Both the position numbers and the translations under genes were made by a program. This document shows, one piece after another, positions 1-9,298 of a stretch of DNA of 64,000 nucleotides. Numbering within the stretch: position 1 is the stretch's first letter; every line of letters starts with the position of its first letter. The notes below the pieces were generated by a model. That model did not search any database. It saw nothing but the letters and a program-made list of their open reading frames with translations, and was not told the DNA's origin. The DNA is from a virus. The stretch spans positions 64,001 to 128,000 of IMG/VR virus record IMGVR_UViG_3300033485_000002. One strand, given 5' to 3'.

Positions 1-2
1 TA

Positions 3-1829
3 CTGGACCCGTTTTCGATTCTTGCCTCGGGGGTGATGCGCCAGCATGGAGGGCTGAAGATCACGGGCGATCTGGACTGCCTGCACGGAGAAGCCAGATT
101 CAAACAAGCGTTTGTCAATGCGTGCTACTTCGCTGAGTCGATGACCGTGGTAGGACCGATCGCTCAGCTTATCCAGGAGCATACGGACCCTGCAACGCAC
201 GCAGCGCTGGCATGGCGGGCAACTCCGACGACTGGGGATAACCGTGACTTCTTCAACCAGTTGAAGCAGTTCATGGCCCAGAATAACCTGGACAAGATCC
301 CCTCGGATCTGATCTTCGGTTCCATGTCGGACGTGGACTATCGGCTGCATACGATGCCGGATGTGACGTTGGGGCATAAGCGCAACGACTATGGCTCGGA
401 TGACTTCCAGTCGAGGCTGTTCGAGCAGCTCTTTCAGAGCACGTGGCGGCAGTTCCGGATCGACTCTAGAGCGCGGGCTTTGAGGCCGAATCTGGACCAG
501 TCGTTCTTCACGTATAGACCGGAATCGATCATTAAGGGCAGTCCGGTATCGGCACTGATGGCGGTGATCTTCACCTTCAAGAAGCCGGTGGGGCCTCTGG
601 CGGTGGGAGAGCTGACCAATCTGGCATCGTGGCCACCCGTGGTGTTCCTGCTGCCGGTGTTGGCTCCGGCGTTCGCTTCCATTGATGATGACGATGTCTA
701 CCATAGCCCAGCGGGGGCAGTGGTCCGGAATCAACCGGCGATGATGACCTATCAGCTCCGGATTCCGGAGAGCAACAAGGTGAGGAACCATACGCTGCCT
801 TATGGTCAGCCGTATCGGTTGTCCTCGGTGCATTCGTGGGGCAAGGAGCCGGATACGCTGCGGTCGCTGTCGGACGTGTTCAAGGCTCTGTGGTCGCAGG
901 CCGCGCAGTACTCAGCCTGGAATCTTCGGTATGAGTGGGACGCGAAGGCGACCTCGTTGCCGGTCGGAGAGCTGGCTCTGGATCCGATCGGAGCCGGTCG
1001 GCGTATCCGGAGTCATAACCGGTTCTCCGGCAGGTATCCGCTGCACGCTCCGGCGATGCTGTGGGAGACGGGGATCTATAGCGTATCGGGAGGTAGTGCT
1101 CCGAGGCTGTGGGGTTGGGAACCTGAGCGAGGTGAGAGTCAGTACATGGATTTCGTTCACCGAGCGCATCTGTTCACGAATCAGCTTCGCTCGTATCGTA
1201 GTGGTGGTGGCAAGGAGTTCCTGTTCGTCTTTCCGAGCTACTTCCAAGAGGAAGTGAGCGATCACTTCCTGCCGACTGCTATCACCTTGGCTCGTTGGAT
1301 GCTGGTGAAGCACGCCGGGTTGGAGGACTTCGTGGACGGGCATGTTGTTGCCACGAATAAGCCGGGGGATGGTGGAGCCACAGCGGAAGAGCTGGCGGCT
1401 GACCCGGAGCTGGAGCCTGGGGTTGGCGGACGGTCTCTTGCGGATCGGCTGGCCGATCACCTGGGACAACAGAATATGCAGAACGAGGGTGCGCTGCCGG
1501 TGCATCGGGTGAAAACGCCTATCGGTTTCGATAAGACCGGTGACCCGACTGTGTTCGGGCTGGCGGTTGATACGACTGCCGAAAACGTGATGCACTATCA
1601 CGAAGCGCACAACGGTATCAACATTACCGACGAGAACCTGGAGAAGATGGTCAACGGTGTCCAGGTCCAGGGTAACTTCAAGTTCCTCGATGCTTTCTGC
1701 TCCAAGAGCACGAAGGATCTGACGGACGTGTTCGCCACCGTGAGCAAGAAAGCCGTGTCGAAGATGCGGGCTGGCGAACTCGTGGACGAGAGCATGGTGG
1801 TCGATCTGTTCGACGACATGCTGGACTAA
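3..1829 (+). CDS. Hypothetical phage protein, probably 5'-truncated by the window edge
   Basis: Frame is open from the left edge through the 598-aa ORF; no recognisable motif. Confidence 0.7.
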   Translation: MDPFSILASGVMRQHGGLKITGDLDCLHGEARFKQAFVNACYFAESMTVVGPIAQLIQEHTDPATHAALAWRATPTTGDNRDFFNQLKQFMAQNNLDKIPSDLIFGSMSDVDYRLHTMPDVTLGHKRNDYGSDDFQSRLFEQLFQSTWRQFRIDSRARALRPNLDQSFFTYRPESIIKGSPVSALMAVIFTFKKPVGPLAVGELTNLASWPPVVFLLPVLAPAFASIDDDDVYHSPAGAVVRNQPAMMTYQLRIPESNKVRNHTLPYGQPYRLSSVHSWGKEPDTLRSLSDVFKALWSQAAQYSAWNLRYEWDAKATSLPVGELALDPIGAGRRIRSHNRFSGRYPLHAPAMLWETGIYSVSGGSAPRLWGWEPERGESQYMDFVHRAHLFTNQLRSYRSGGGKEFLFVFPSYFQEEVSDHFLPTAITLARWMLVKHAGLEDFVDGHVVATNKPGDGGATAEELAADPELEPGVGGRSLADRLADHLGQQNMQNEGALPVHRVKTPIGFDKTGDPTVFGLAVDTTAENVMHYHEAHNGINITDENLEKMVNGVQVQGNFKFLDAFCSKSTKDLTDVFATVSKKAVSKMRAGELVDESMVVDLFDDMLD

Positions 1830-1842
1830 GCAGGGGGATAAC

Positions 1843-2751
1843 ATGGACACCTCTCTGGTTCTTGGTCGAACAGGATCGTTTGACGAGGAGACAGGGCTGT
1901 TTGTCCTGACAGGCGGGTATCCCGATTTTGGCTTAACGCCGGAAACGGTGCGTGCTATCGGTAAAAGCCGGGATGGGGTGGAGATGAACTCCACCCTTCC
2001 GTTCATGGACAATAAGCTCCAGACCAAGAACAACGTGATGTTTGTCGATCAGACGCCGGGTGCTTTCAAAGATCCGGTGAAGTTTGCAGGAGGGCTTAAG
2101 ACACTCATCGACCATTGCGAGCGTGTTGCGGTTCATAAGGGAGTTTTTGCACTGGATGTTTCTTCAGACTCGATGTTTTATCGGTGGGGCATCGCGAAGA
2201 TCGCAGAGCGCCGGTACGTGACTGAGTGGATGGGGTTGTTGCCCCCAGAGCATGTACTAAAGGTGATCCTCAAGCAACAGGGGGTGGCAACGAAGCGTAC
2301 CATCCTCTTTGCGACTGGTGTTCCACCGTCAGCCGGTGGCCGGATGTGGTTGGTGTCACCACACGGTTTCCCGTGGTGGGGTGAGCAGTCCAAGGTGGTC
2401 CTCGACATGGGCGGCTCGACTGATATCGAGCAGGCTATGATGATGAATAAGTTCTTGTTCCTGCTTGTCCCACATGCCGTCCCGATGATCTCCGGTCACC
2501 GGAAGCTGCAACAGGATGAGCTAAATCCACGAATCCTCTGCTACGACAGTTTTGACGAAGGGGCTTACCCTCTGGAGGTGGATAGCTTTTTGGCTAAGGT
2601 GATCCAGAGCAGCACGACGTTACAGCAGGGAGCCGATCGCTTGCGGTGGCTGTATGAGAATGCAGCGGCAGGGGCCGGGGTCGCCGCCCAGGCCCAGGAT
2701 TTCGGGGTGGACCACGCCTTGGCCCTGCCCGAGAACGACGAGATGTGGTGA
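1843..2751 (+). CDS. Hypothetical protein (302 aa)
   Basis: Long ORF, GGGGG RBS, tightly packed with neighbours. Confidence 0.75.
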   Translation: MDTSLVLGRTGSFDEETGLFVLTGGYPDFGLTPETVRAIGKSRDGVEMNSTLPFMDNKLQTKNNVMFVDQTPGAFKDPVKFAGGLKTLIDHCERVAVHKGVFALDVSSDSMFYRWGIAKIAERRYVTEWMGLLPPEHVLKVILKQQGVATKRTILFATGVPPSAGGRMWLVSPHGFPWWGEQSKVVLDMGGSTDIEQAMMMNKFLFLLVPHAVPMISGHRKLQQDELNPRILCYDSFDEGAYPLEVDSFLAKVIQSSTTLQQGADRLRWLYENAAAGAGVAAQAQDFGVDHALALPENDEMW

Positions 2752-2754
2752 GGT

Positions 2755-3366
2755 ATGTCCTACGCAAAGACGTATAAGGCTACGTTTCTTGAAGATATCA
2801 GTCAATTCCCCAGGGTTTGGAACTATGGTCAGTACCGGAGCAACAACTACGGTGAGCACACTGTGGCGGTGTCGGTTGGTGGAGTAGACTTTTTCTATAG
2901 CTACAAGACGCTGGTTGCGTTTTCTGATGATAAGACTCTTGTTGTGCATAGCAACAATTGGACCCGAACAACCGGCAAGCACCTGACCTGGATCAAGCGA
3001 GCACGTCCAGCGGGGATGCCTTGCATTACTGCTGATCATCCTACATTCGTAGCGATGCTCTATAACCTGTTGAGAGCAACAGGGTTAGTCGCCCGCAACT
3101 ACGCGAAGAAGGTGCCTTGTAGGGTTCAGGCGTTGGAGACTGGGGAGATTATCGATGGGAATATCCCGTCAGCGGTGACCCTGACCCCTGGGCGAGCGTA
3201 CGTACGAGATCAGGAACGGAAGATGGCGAAGGCAAAGGAGAAGGAGGAGGAGAAGGCGCGTAAGCTGCGCCTTAAGCTCCGGAAGGAACGGCGGTTGGAG
3301 AAGAAGCGACGGGAGGAGATGTTTTCGGGGTTGATGCCCCTTGAGATAGTGGAGGAAATGCTGTGA
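2755..3366 (+). CDS. Conserved-type phage hypothetical protein with basic coiled C-terminus
   Basis: FYSYKTLVA...WTRTTGKHL motif of a type seen in small phage proteins; GAGG RBS. Confidence 0.65.
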   Translation: MSYAKTYKATFLEDISQFPRVWNYGQYRSNNYGEHTVAVSVGGVDFFYSYKTLVAFSDDKTLVVHSNNWTRTTGKHLTWIKRARPAGMPCITADHPTFVAMLYNLLRATGLVARNYAKKVPCRVQALETGEIIDGNIPSAVTLTPGRAYVRDQERKMAKAKEKEEEKARKLRLKLRKERRLEKKRREEMFSGLMPLEIVEEML

Positions 3367-4154
3367 GCCGAGTGGCACTGGCAGAGGCAGTTGAGCAAGG
3401 GCTGGAGAATCCGTTCACGACCGAATATCTGGAAAAGGAAATCCAGTTTTACAACCCGGTGCCGTATGCCAAGGATGGGTTGGTCCTCAAGCTCAAATCG
3501 ATCAAACACCCTGTCCGCATCGATGAGTACCTCAACAAGCAGATGGTGTGTGAGGGACCGGCTATCCCGATCCTTACGTTTGACGGTACGATCTGGATGA
3601 GCCTGACGTGGCTGGAAGTGGAGTCGCATTGGGTACCGTTCCAGACCTTTGGCGGGGATATCCTGGTTGGTGGCCTCGGGATGGGGTATGCGGCGCTTCG
3701 GTTCGCGGCGATGGAGCATGTTGATTCCGTCACCGTGTACGAGACGGACAAGAGGGTGATCGACTTCTTCCAGGCTACCCAAGGAGATCGCCCGGAGCAG
3801 GCTAAGATCCGGGTTATCCACGAGGACATCCACAAGGCCCAGGGCCGCTACGAGTTCGCCTTTATTGATATCTATCCGACGCTATTGCCGGATGAGCTGC
3901 TGAGGGACGCGAGGTTCTTCTGTGAGAGCCGTCCTGGTCTGTCGATCATGGAGACTCCCCACTTCTGGGGGCAGGAGCTTGCGTGGCTGACCCTGATGCA
4001 GCGGCGGGTGTACAAGCCGTTTAGTCTGTCCTATGTCGAGCGTATGTTCTTTGAGTATTGGTGGAAAACAGATAAGCCTGATCTTGCCCGTGAGATCGAG
4101 GATGTTCGCTTCTGTTCATCTTTGGCGAAGGTGATGAGCAGGGTGGAGGACTAA
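3363..4154 (+). CDS. Class I SAM-dependent methyltransferase-like (spermidine-synthase-like fold)
   Basis: ILVGGLGMGY motif I, VTVYETD acidic motif II, FIDIYP. Confidence 0.7.
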   Translation: MSRVALAEAVEQGLENPFTTEYLEKEIQFYNPVPYAKDGLVLKLKSIKHPVRIDEYLNKQMVCEGPAIPILTFDGTIWMSLTWLEVESHWVPFQTFGGDILVGGLGMGYAALRFAAMEHVDSVTVYETDKRVIDFFQATQGDRPEQAKIRVIHEDIHKAQGRYEFAFIDIYPTLLPDELLRDARFFCESRPGLSIMETPHFWGQELAWLTLMQRRVYKPFSLSYVERMFFEYWWKTDKPDLAREIEDVRFCSSLAKVMSRVED

Positions 4155-4155
4155 G

Positions 4156-4356
4156 ATGCCGAATACGTCCAAGCCATGGCGCGTGCAGTATCAGCATCCT
4201 TGTCAGGGTTGTGGTAAACCAACTGAATATGTGTGGTGCCAAGAGTGCTGTGACAAGGGTTTGGCAAAGTGTCCTCATGGGAACAAGGCCGGAGAGTGTG
4301 ATGCCTGTGACCGAGAGGGCGACTTTGCCTATGACTCAGGGAGGGAAAGCCGATGA
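4156..4356 (+). CDS. Small Cys-rich (Zn-binding) protein
   Basis: CxxC pairs (CQGC, CQEC, CPHG, CDAC). Confidence 0.55.
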   Translation: MPNTSKPWRVQYQHPCQGCGKPTEYVWCQECCDKGLAKCPHGNKAGECDACDREGDFAYDSGRESR

Positions 4357-4904
4357 GCAAACGGCAGGTGCTGGTCGAATCGATCACCGAGTGCCTGATC
4401 AAACGTGATCGAGTTGAACTAAACATCAAGCTCTATGATGAGAACCTTGCGACTGTCAATCTTACCAGTAAGAATAATCCTGGTGGAGAAGCATGGGATT
4501 GGGCGCAGGGGAATTGGCCGGAGTTCGTGCCGGAGGAGAAGGAGTTCGAGCTGATCGCCAGTGATGGTAGCCTGGTGAAGGTTAAAGCGCCGGTTAAGTG
4601 GGTGTGCGTGACGGGGGTGGTCGATCCTAAAACTCGCAAGTCCTTGCCGATCGAAGAGTTGCGCGAGAGCCATGCCAGCAACAGAAGGTGGGGGGCGGCC
4701 AAAAGGGGACAGAAGGTCAAGCCGGTCAAGGTCAAGGAGCCAGTCCCACTTCAGGCCCAGAAGACCAAATCAAAGAATTCCCCGAAGGGGAATTCTTTGG
4801 CTAAGACCCCGAATAAGCTGGCCCCGGCGGAGGACGTGGGTGAGGTGGATTTGCAGGCGCTGATTGATGAGAGGGTGCAGGAAGTGATGGGAGAAGAAAA
4901 TTAG
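4353..4904 (+). CDS. Hypothetical protein
   Basis: ATGA-coupled ORF, 183 aa. Confidence 0.65.
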   Translation: MSKRQVLVESITECLIKRDRVELNIKLYDENLATVNLTSKNNPGGEAWDWAQGNWPEFVPEEKEFELIASDGSLVKVKAPVKWVCVTGVVDPKTRKSLPIEELRESHASNRRWGAAKRGQKVKPVKVKEPVPLQAQKTKSKNSPKGNSLAKTPNKLAPAEDVGEVDLQALIDERVQEVMGEEN

Positions 4905-4939
4905 TGACAACAAGAAGAAGGTGATGGTATCCTACGGTT

Positions 4940-6193
4940 ATGGCTAATCTTACTCCCATCTACGATCACAATTGCACGCTCTGCCCCTTACATAAAGTGC
5001 CGGGGGTTACTTGTTTGTCCGGGATCGGCAACCTGGACGACCCGAGCATCCTTATAGTGGGGGATGGGCCGTCGAAGCAGGAGGTGCTGCTTGGTCGGGC
5101 GTTCGGCGATGAGCGGGGTAGGCTGCTCGCTCAGTCGCTCGATGAGATCGGTTTCCCCATCGGGCCTAAAGGCGATGTGTTTGCTACCTACGCCGTTAAG
5201 TGCTTCCCGTCTGGTAAGGTAAAGGTTAAGGATGCCAAGATTTGCGCGGCGAAGTATCTCAACCAGGAGATCGACCTTTTCCGCCCGAAGTTGGTTATAG
5301 CGCTGGGTAAAACCGCCCAATATGCCGTCTTGGGTAGTACTGCACCTATCTCTAAAACTAGGGGCAAGCTGTTCCCCTTAGTTCGTACCGACGCAGCAGG
5401 AAATGAGTGGACAACCCAGGTCATGCCGGTGGATCATCCATTCTCTATCCTCACCACACCGGCCAAGCTGGACCCGTGGCTCGCTGATCTGCGGCGGGCT
5501 AAGGCGGTGTTTTATGGCGACGGAAATCCTTACTGGTCGCCGGAGAAGCTGGAGCGGTTTGACTTTAAAGTGATTGATTCTATCGCGCAGTTCAAAGCAG
5601 TTGCACGGGAGCTTATTGCCAAGCACAGGGGCGAGTACCTAGCTATCGACATTGAAGCTAGTGGTGTTGATGAGGCTATGAACGATGATGACTTTCGGGT
5701 TTTCAGCTTGCAGTTCGGGCTTATAGATTTGGAGGGGCGCGAGGAACATCCGGTCTACTTCCTACCCATCCAGTCGGCGGGGTTCCCGTGGACATCTGAG
5801 GCTAAGTGGCTGGATAATACCGCCCGCCTGCTGAATCGGTTTCTGAGCACGGACTACTTCAAGCTGGTGGGGCATAACCTAAAGTACGATTTGAAAGCGC
5901 TTAGACGGATTGGTGTAACTGAAGCATATGCCGTCTATGACACGCTGATGGCATGGTCAATTGCACATGGTGAAGCACCGTTGTCTCTGAAAACAATTGC
6001 TTACGAGGTTAGTGATTTAGGTGGGTACGAAGTCCTTATGGATCAGTACTTTAAGGAGCACGGTACTTATGACGCCCCCCCCGAAATTCTAATCTCGTAC
6101 AGTTGCCTTGATGTTGTGCTTGTGCGCTACCTTTTTAGTGAGCTGTACAAAACGATCCTTCAAGAGAAAAAGCGTGTTAACATTGGAGTATGA
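4940..6193 (+). CDS. Uracil-DNA glycosylase family 4-like domain fused to DnaQ-like 3'-5' exonuclease (N-terminal half of split DNA polymerase A)
   Basis: CTLCPLH, IVGDGP, AVKCFP...C, LVIALG and HP motifs (UDG-4); ExoI DIEASG, ExoII GHNLKYD, ExoIII YSCLD. Confidence 0.85.
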   Translation: MANLTPIYDHNCTLCPLHKVPGVTCLSGIGNLDDPSILIVGDGPSKQEVLLGRAFGDERGRLLAQSLDEIGFPIGPKGDVFATYAVKCFPSGKVKVKDAKICAAKYLNQEIDLFRPKLVIALGKTAQYAVLGSTAPISKTRGKLFPLVRTDAAGNEWTTQVMPVDHPFSILTTPAKLDPWLADLRRAKAVFYGDGNPYWSPEKLERFDFKVIDSIAQFKAVARELIAKHRGEYLAIDIEASGVDEAMNDDDFRVFSLQFGLIDLEGREEHPVYFLPIQSAGFPWTSEAKWLDNTARLLNRFLSTDYFKLVGHNLKYDLKALRRIGVTEAYAVYDTLMAWSIAHGEAPLSLKTIAYEVSDLGGYEVLMDQYFKEHGTYDAPPEILISYSCLDVVLVRYLFSELYKTILQEKKRVNIGV

Positions 6194-6197
6194 GCTA

Positions 6198-6267
6198 TTG
6201 TCATGGCTGGGTGCGGTGTGGCGAGGCCAGGTAGGGTATGGCATGGTGTGGCTCGGCAAGGCAGGGG
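6198..6267 (+). ncRNA. Orphan gapped-guide (VIPR-like) unit: TTGTC-AT followed by 12 perfect GGY-NN pentamers
   Basis: ggc tg/ggt gc/ggt gt/ggc ga/ggc ca/ggt ag/ggt at/ggc at/ggt gt/ggc tc/ggc aa/ggc ag; same TGTC handle as the array at 32.75-33.4 kb. Confidence 0.75.
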
Positions 6268-6293
6268 AGCCTCGGTTTAGTAAGGGGGTCTAA

Positions 6294-7778
6294 ATGATTC
6301 GGTTCCATTCGGATGCCGAAGGCGGTAGTCCTCGGTGGCTGTGTGATTATCAGTCTCTATTGGTCAATGCTTTTGTCGATATTGAGAGCTGCGGTTTTCC
6401 TTTCGATCCTATTCAACATGCACAGTTTATCGAGAATGCCGAACGTACTTATGCCGAGTACGAACGGCGATTGATGACCAGCCCCCAACTGCAAGCCTAC
6501 ATCCAGCAGAAGGGGCTGCCCGCTACGGGTAAACGGGCGTTTAACCTGTCCTCGGCCACCCAACTCCAGGAGTTCCTCTTCAGCCCGCGTAGTTCAGGGG
6601 GCCTGGAGCTTGTACCCGTAAAGCGCTCTAAGCTGACGGATAAGGCTAGTTCCGACCGAGAGTCCTTGCAGCATTTCGCTCAGGCAGGCAACGCTTTCTG
6701 CTCGGATCTATTGGTGTTACGGAATTTCGGTAAGCTATTGTCGTCGTTTGGTGAGCCGCTCTTAAAGTTCTACTGTCCTCGCACCGGAGCAGTTCACCCG
6801 ACCTACTTCCTGGCCAAGGTGACAGATAGTGCTGGGGTTGCAGGCGGTACTGCGACCGGACGGCTGTCGTGCAAGCACCCCAACATGCAGCAGCTACCGA
6901 AGCGGGATAAAGATGACAAGGGAATTGGGCTGGCGGGGATCGACGTGCGGAAGTCCTTCGTGCCGTTTCCGGGCCACATCCTTATAGAGTGCGACCAGAG
7001 CCAGATCGAGGTGCGGGTCGCCGGGATGTACGCTAAGGATACGACGATGGGTAAGTTCTTCGATGAGGGGGGAGACTTCCACATCCGGGTGGCCTCTCAG
7101 GTGTTCCAACAGGATTTCGATCATATGGTCGAGGTGTTGGCGAATGAGCACCATCCCGAGTACAAGAAGTTCAAGCAATTCCGTACTGCCGCTAAAACCT
7201 TTACCTTTGGTCTGATGTTCGGTATGGGGTTGAATAAGCTGACCAGACAATCCGGGTTGACTGAGGCTGAAGGTAAAGCTTTTATCGATGAGTACTTTGC
7301 TACTTTCCCTCAGTTCGCTTCGTGGCGTGAGGAGATGATTGATTGGGCTACCGAGCACGGATGGGTCCAAACCTTATTCGGGCGTAAAAGAACCATAAAG
7401 ATTAGCGGCTATGAAACGGAGGATGGTCGGGAGGAACGCATTGGCATCAACACTCCGATTCAGAGTGCGGCGGCAGATATTACTCTGTTTGCGCTCAGCC
7501 GGTTGTGGGAGTTCTTGAAGGCCAACGGTTACGGGGCAAAGATTCTTGGCACGGTCCATGACTCTATTATCTTCTCGGTGCCCTACGAGGAGTTCGAGGA
7601 GCTATTACCGGAGATAGCCCGGAGGATGATCCGTCCACCTGGGCTGGAGTGGCTTTTGGATGACGTGCCGATTCCCCTGTCGATTGGCATTGAGGCGGGG
7701 CCTAACCTCAAGGATATGCACAAGTTAGACCTCGATGACGTGCTGACCTGCTCCCTCGACGTAAAGGATTATCTATGA
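6294..7778 (+). CDS. polA: DNA polymerase family A, polymerase domain
   Basis: TATGRLSCKHPNMQQLP, motif A DQSQIEVR, motif B RTAAKTFTFGLMFG, NTPIQSAAAD, motif C TVHDS. Confidence 0.95.
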   Translation: MIRFHSDAEGGSPRWLCDYQSLLVNAFVDIESCGFPFDPIQHAQFIENAERTYAEYERRLMTSPQLQAYIQQKGLPATGKRAFNLSSATQLQEFLFSPRSSGGLELVPVKRSKLTDKASSDRESLQHFAQAGNAFCSDLLVLRNFGKLLSSFGEPLLKFYCPRTGAVHPTYFLAKVTDSAGVAGGTATGRLSCKHPNMQQLPKRDKDDKGIGLAGIDVRKSFVPFPGHILIECDQSQIEVRVAGMYAKDTTMGKFFDEGGDFHIRVASQVFQQDFDHMVEVLANEHHPEYKKFKQFRTAAKTFTFGLMFGMGLNKLTRQSGLTEAEGKAFIDEYFATFPQFASWREEMIDWATEHGWVQTLFGRKRTIKISGYETEDGREERIGINTPIQSAAADITLFALSRLWEFLKANGYGAKILGTVHDSIIFSVPYEEFEELLPEIARRMIRPPGLEWLLDDVPIPLSIGIEAGPNLKDMHKLDLDDVLTCSLDVKDYL

Positions 7779-8128
7779 GCGATGCAGACGAGTTCGAAGC
7801 GACTTTACCCGATGGTAAAGTAGTTGACGATCCAGCCGTGTTCACGAAAGCATGGAAGGAGTTCGCTGCGCTTGTAAGTGAAGAGTTTGATGAGCTTGAG
7901 CTAAAGGCGGTGGCCTTTAACCCAGGTGTTCTCTATGCCTTTGGCCCTGTGGTGAAACAATGGCATAGCCTGGAATTGCCTATGGCTTTTCATAAGGCAT
8001 TGAACGACCGGATCCAGGAGCTTCGACGCCTTCGTGAGTTCTTCTTTGAGATGGTGGAGATCAGCAAGCAGGCTGGTTTCTATACCGAGGTGAAGGACGT
8101 GATCGTGAAGGTGGGAAAGAGGGAGTGA
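7775..8128 (+). CDS. Hypothetical protein
   Basis: ATGA-coupled to polA. Confidence 0.6.
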   Translation: MSDADEFEATLPDGKVVDDPAVFTKAWKEFAALVSEEFDELELKAVAFNPGVLYAFGPVVKQWHSLELPMAFHKALNDRIQELRRLREFFFEMVEISKQAGFYTEVKDVIVKVGKRE

Positions 8129-8129
8129 G

Positions 8130-8552
8130 ATGGCCCATCTGGTGAGCCTCGATAAGTATTTGGTGCAGCACCCGGTTCCGGCATGGGATCATGATAAAAC
8201 TTCGGATGAGAACTTTGCAGCGGAAACAGCCTGGTTAGTAGCTCTGGGCGAGGCTATCCGGCAGGATAACGGTGGGTCGGGAGCTGCTTCTGGGATCATC
8301 GGCGAGGTGGTGAGGTGGCCGCGTGCTGATGGCTATGCCGAGTACATCATCGTGAAAACAAAGCCACTTCAGCTTGCTCATATTCCTCTTGGGGATGGCT
8401 ATATGGTCGAGCCAGCGCTGATCCGAGGGACTACGCTGGCCGAGGTGAAGCGTATGGTAGAGGATGAGCGGCGGTGGAGTAAGCTGTTTGCGGGCAAGGG
8501 CGTTGTCCAGGTTACGATCGATAAGAACGGGGAATTCGTGGAGGCGAAGTGA
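8130..8552 (+). CDS. Hypothetical phage protein
   Basis: Packed ORF with RBS; WPRADGYAEY motif. Confidence 0.65.
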   Translation: MAHLVSLDKYLVQHPVPAWDHDKTSDENFAAETAWLVALGEAIRQDNGGSGAASGIIGEVVRWPRADGYAEYIIVKTKPLQLAHIPLGDGYMVEPALIRGTTLAEVKRMVEDERRWSKLFAGKGVVQVTIDKNGEFVEAK

Positions 8553-8983
8553 AACCGGGACGATTGTTAAAAGGTCGGATTGTGTCAGGTGAGTGGGCCG
8601 GAGAGGACACGCTGGTAACTTACCGTGTACCAGGGCATCTAGTGCTAGAGATTCATGACGCGCTGATATTGGTACTTGGTGATTATCTTTGCCCATACCA
8701 CCAAGAGTCCTTGGGTTGGGACGAGTGCTCGGAAGGTTATGACGGGCGATGTGCTGTGCGTGCTCTCCGCCAGGAACTCTATCGCACCTACAAGTTGCCG
8801 GAGCCGATCTCGTATGGTCCGCCAGACTACGTTAAGGCTGGGGATAGGGCGATGATCCCGTGTCCTTCTTGCAGTAAGCCTCGTGAAGCGGTTCTGTCTT
8901 TGGATGGAGATGGTTGCTTCGAGTTTGAGGTAGGAGCAGCTTGTCCGCACTGTGGGCATCCTGGCGATGAAGAGGAGGATTAG
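8549..8983 (+). CDS. Zn-finger-containing hypothetical protein
   Basis: CPSC and CPHC pairs. Confidence 0.55.
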   Translation: MKPGRLLKGRIVSGEWAGEDTLVTYRVPGHLVLEIHDALILVLGDYLCPYHQESLGWDECSEGYDGRCAVRALRQELYRTYKLPEPISYGPPDYVKAGDRAMIPCPSCSKPREAVLSLDGDGCFEFEVGAACPHCGHPGDEEED

Positions 8984-8986
8984 TCA

Positions 8987-9232
8987 ATGGCCAAGGTTAC
9001 GGTTGATTTCGATTTGGACAACCCCGAAGATCTGAAACGGTTTGGACGGCTGTCTGAGGATTCTACTTGTGCTAACTACGCTAAGTTAGTTGAAGCTCTT
9101 AAACAGTTTGATGCTTGGTTGTTAGCATTGCGGGATGAGATGTCCAATAAGCCAAAGGCCATGCTGGTGGACACGATCCGAACTATGCTTCTCGATAAGG
9201 TCGTGTCGCTTAGCCTGTTCAAGAAAGATTAA
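8987..9232 (+). CDS. Hypothetical protein
   Basis: GGAGG RBS, 81 aa. Confidence 0.6.
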   Translation: MAKVTVDFDLDNPEDLKRFGRLSEDSTCANYAKLVEALKQFDAWLLALRDEMSNKPKAMLVDTIRTMLLDKVVSLSLFKKD

Positions 9233-9254
9233 GGGGGAAAGCCCGGATAGGATC

Positions 9255-9283
9255 TTGACTTTCTTAGTGTTTGGACCTATATT
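9255..9283 (+). promoter_or_regulatory. Sigma70-like promoter for the recombination operon
   Basis: TTGACT-17 nt-TATATT upstream of a GGAGG RBS. Confidence 0.65.
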
Positions 9284-9298
9284 TTCTATGGAGGTGTC

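Noticed and set aside
912-2033. Long minus-strand ORFs (e.g. 912-2033, 13278-14126, 16971-17924, 34944-35777)
   Set aside because: Antisense shadows of well-supported + strand genes in GC-rich DNA; no motifs or RBS
6108-6293. 61-aa ORF, or a frameshift/intron joining exonuclease and polymerase
   Set aside because: The ORF is a translation of the GGYNN tract and stops before the polA ATG; polA has its own RBS and start; no intron-like structure is visible in 100 nt
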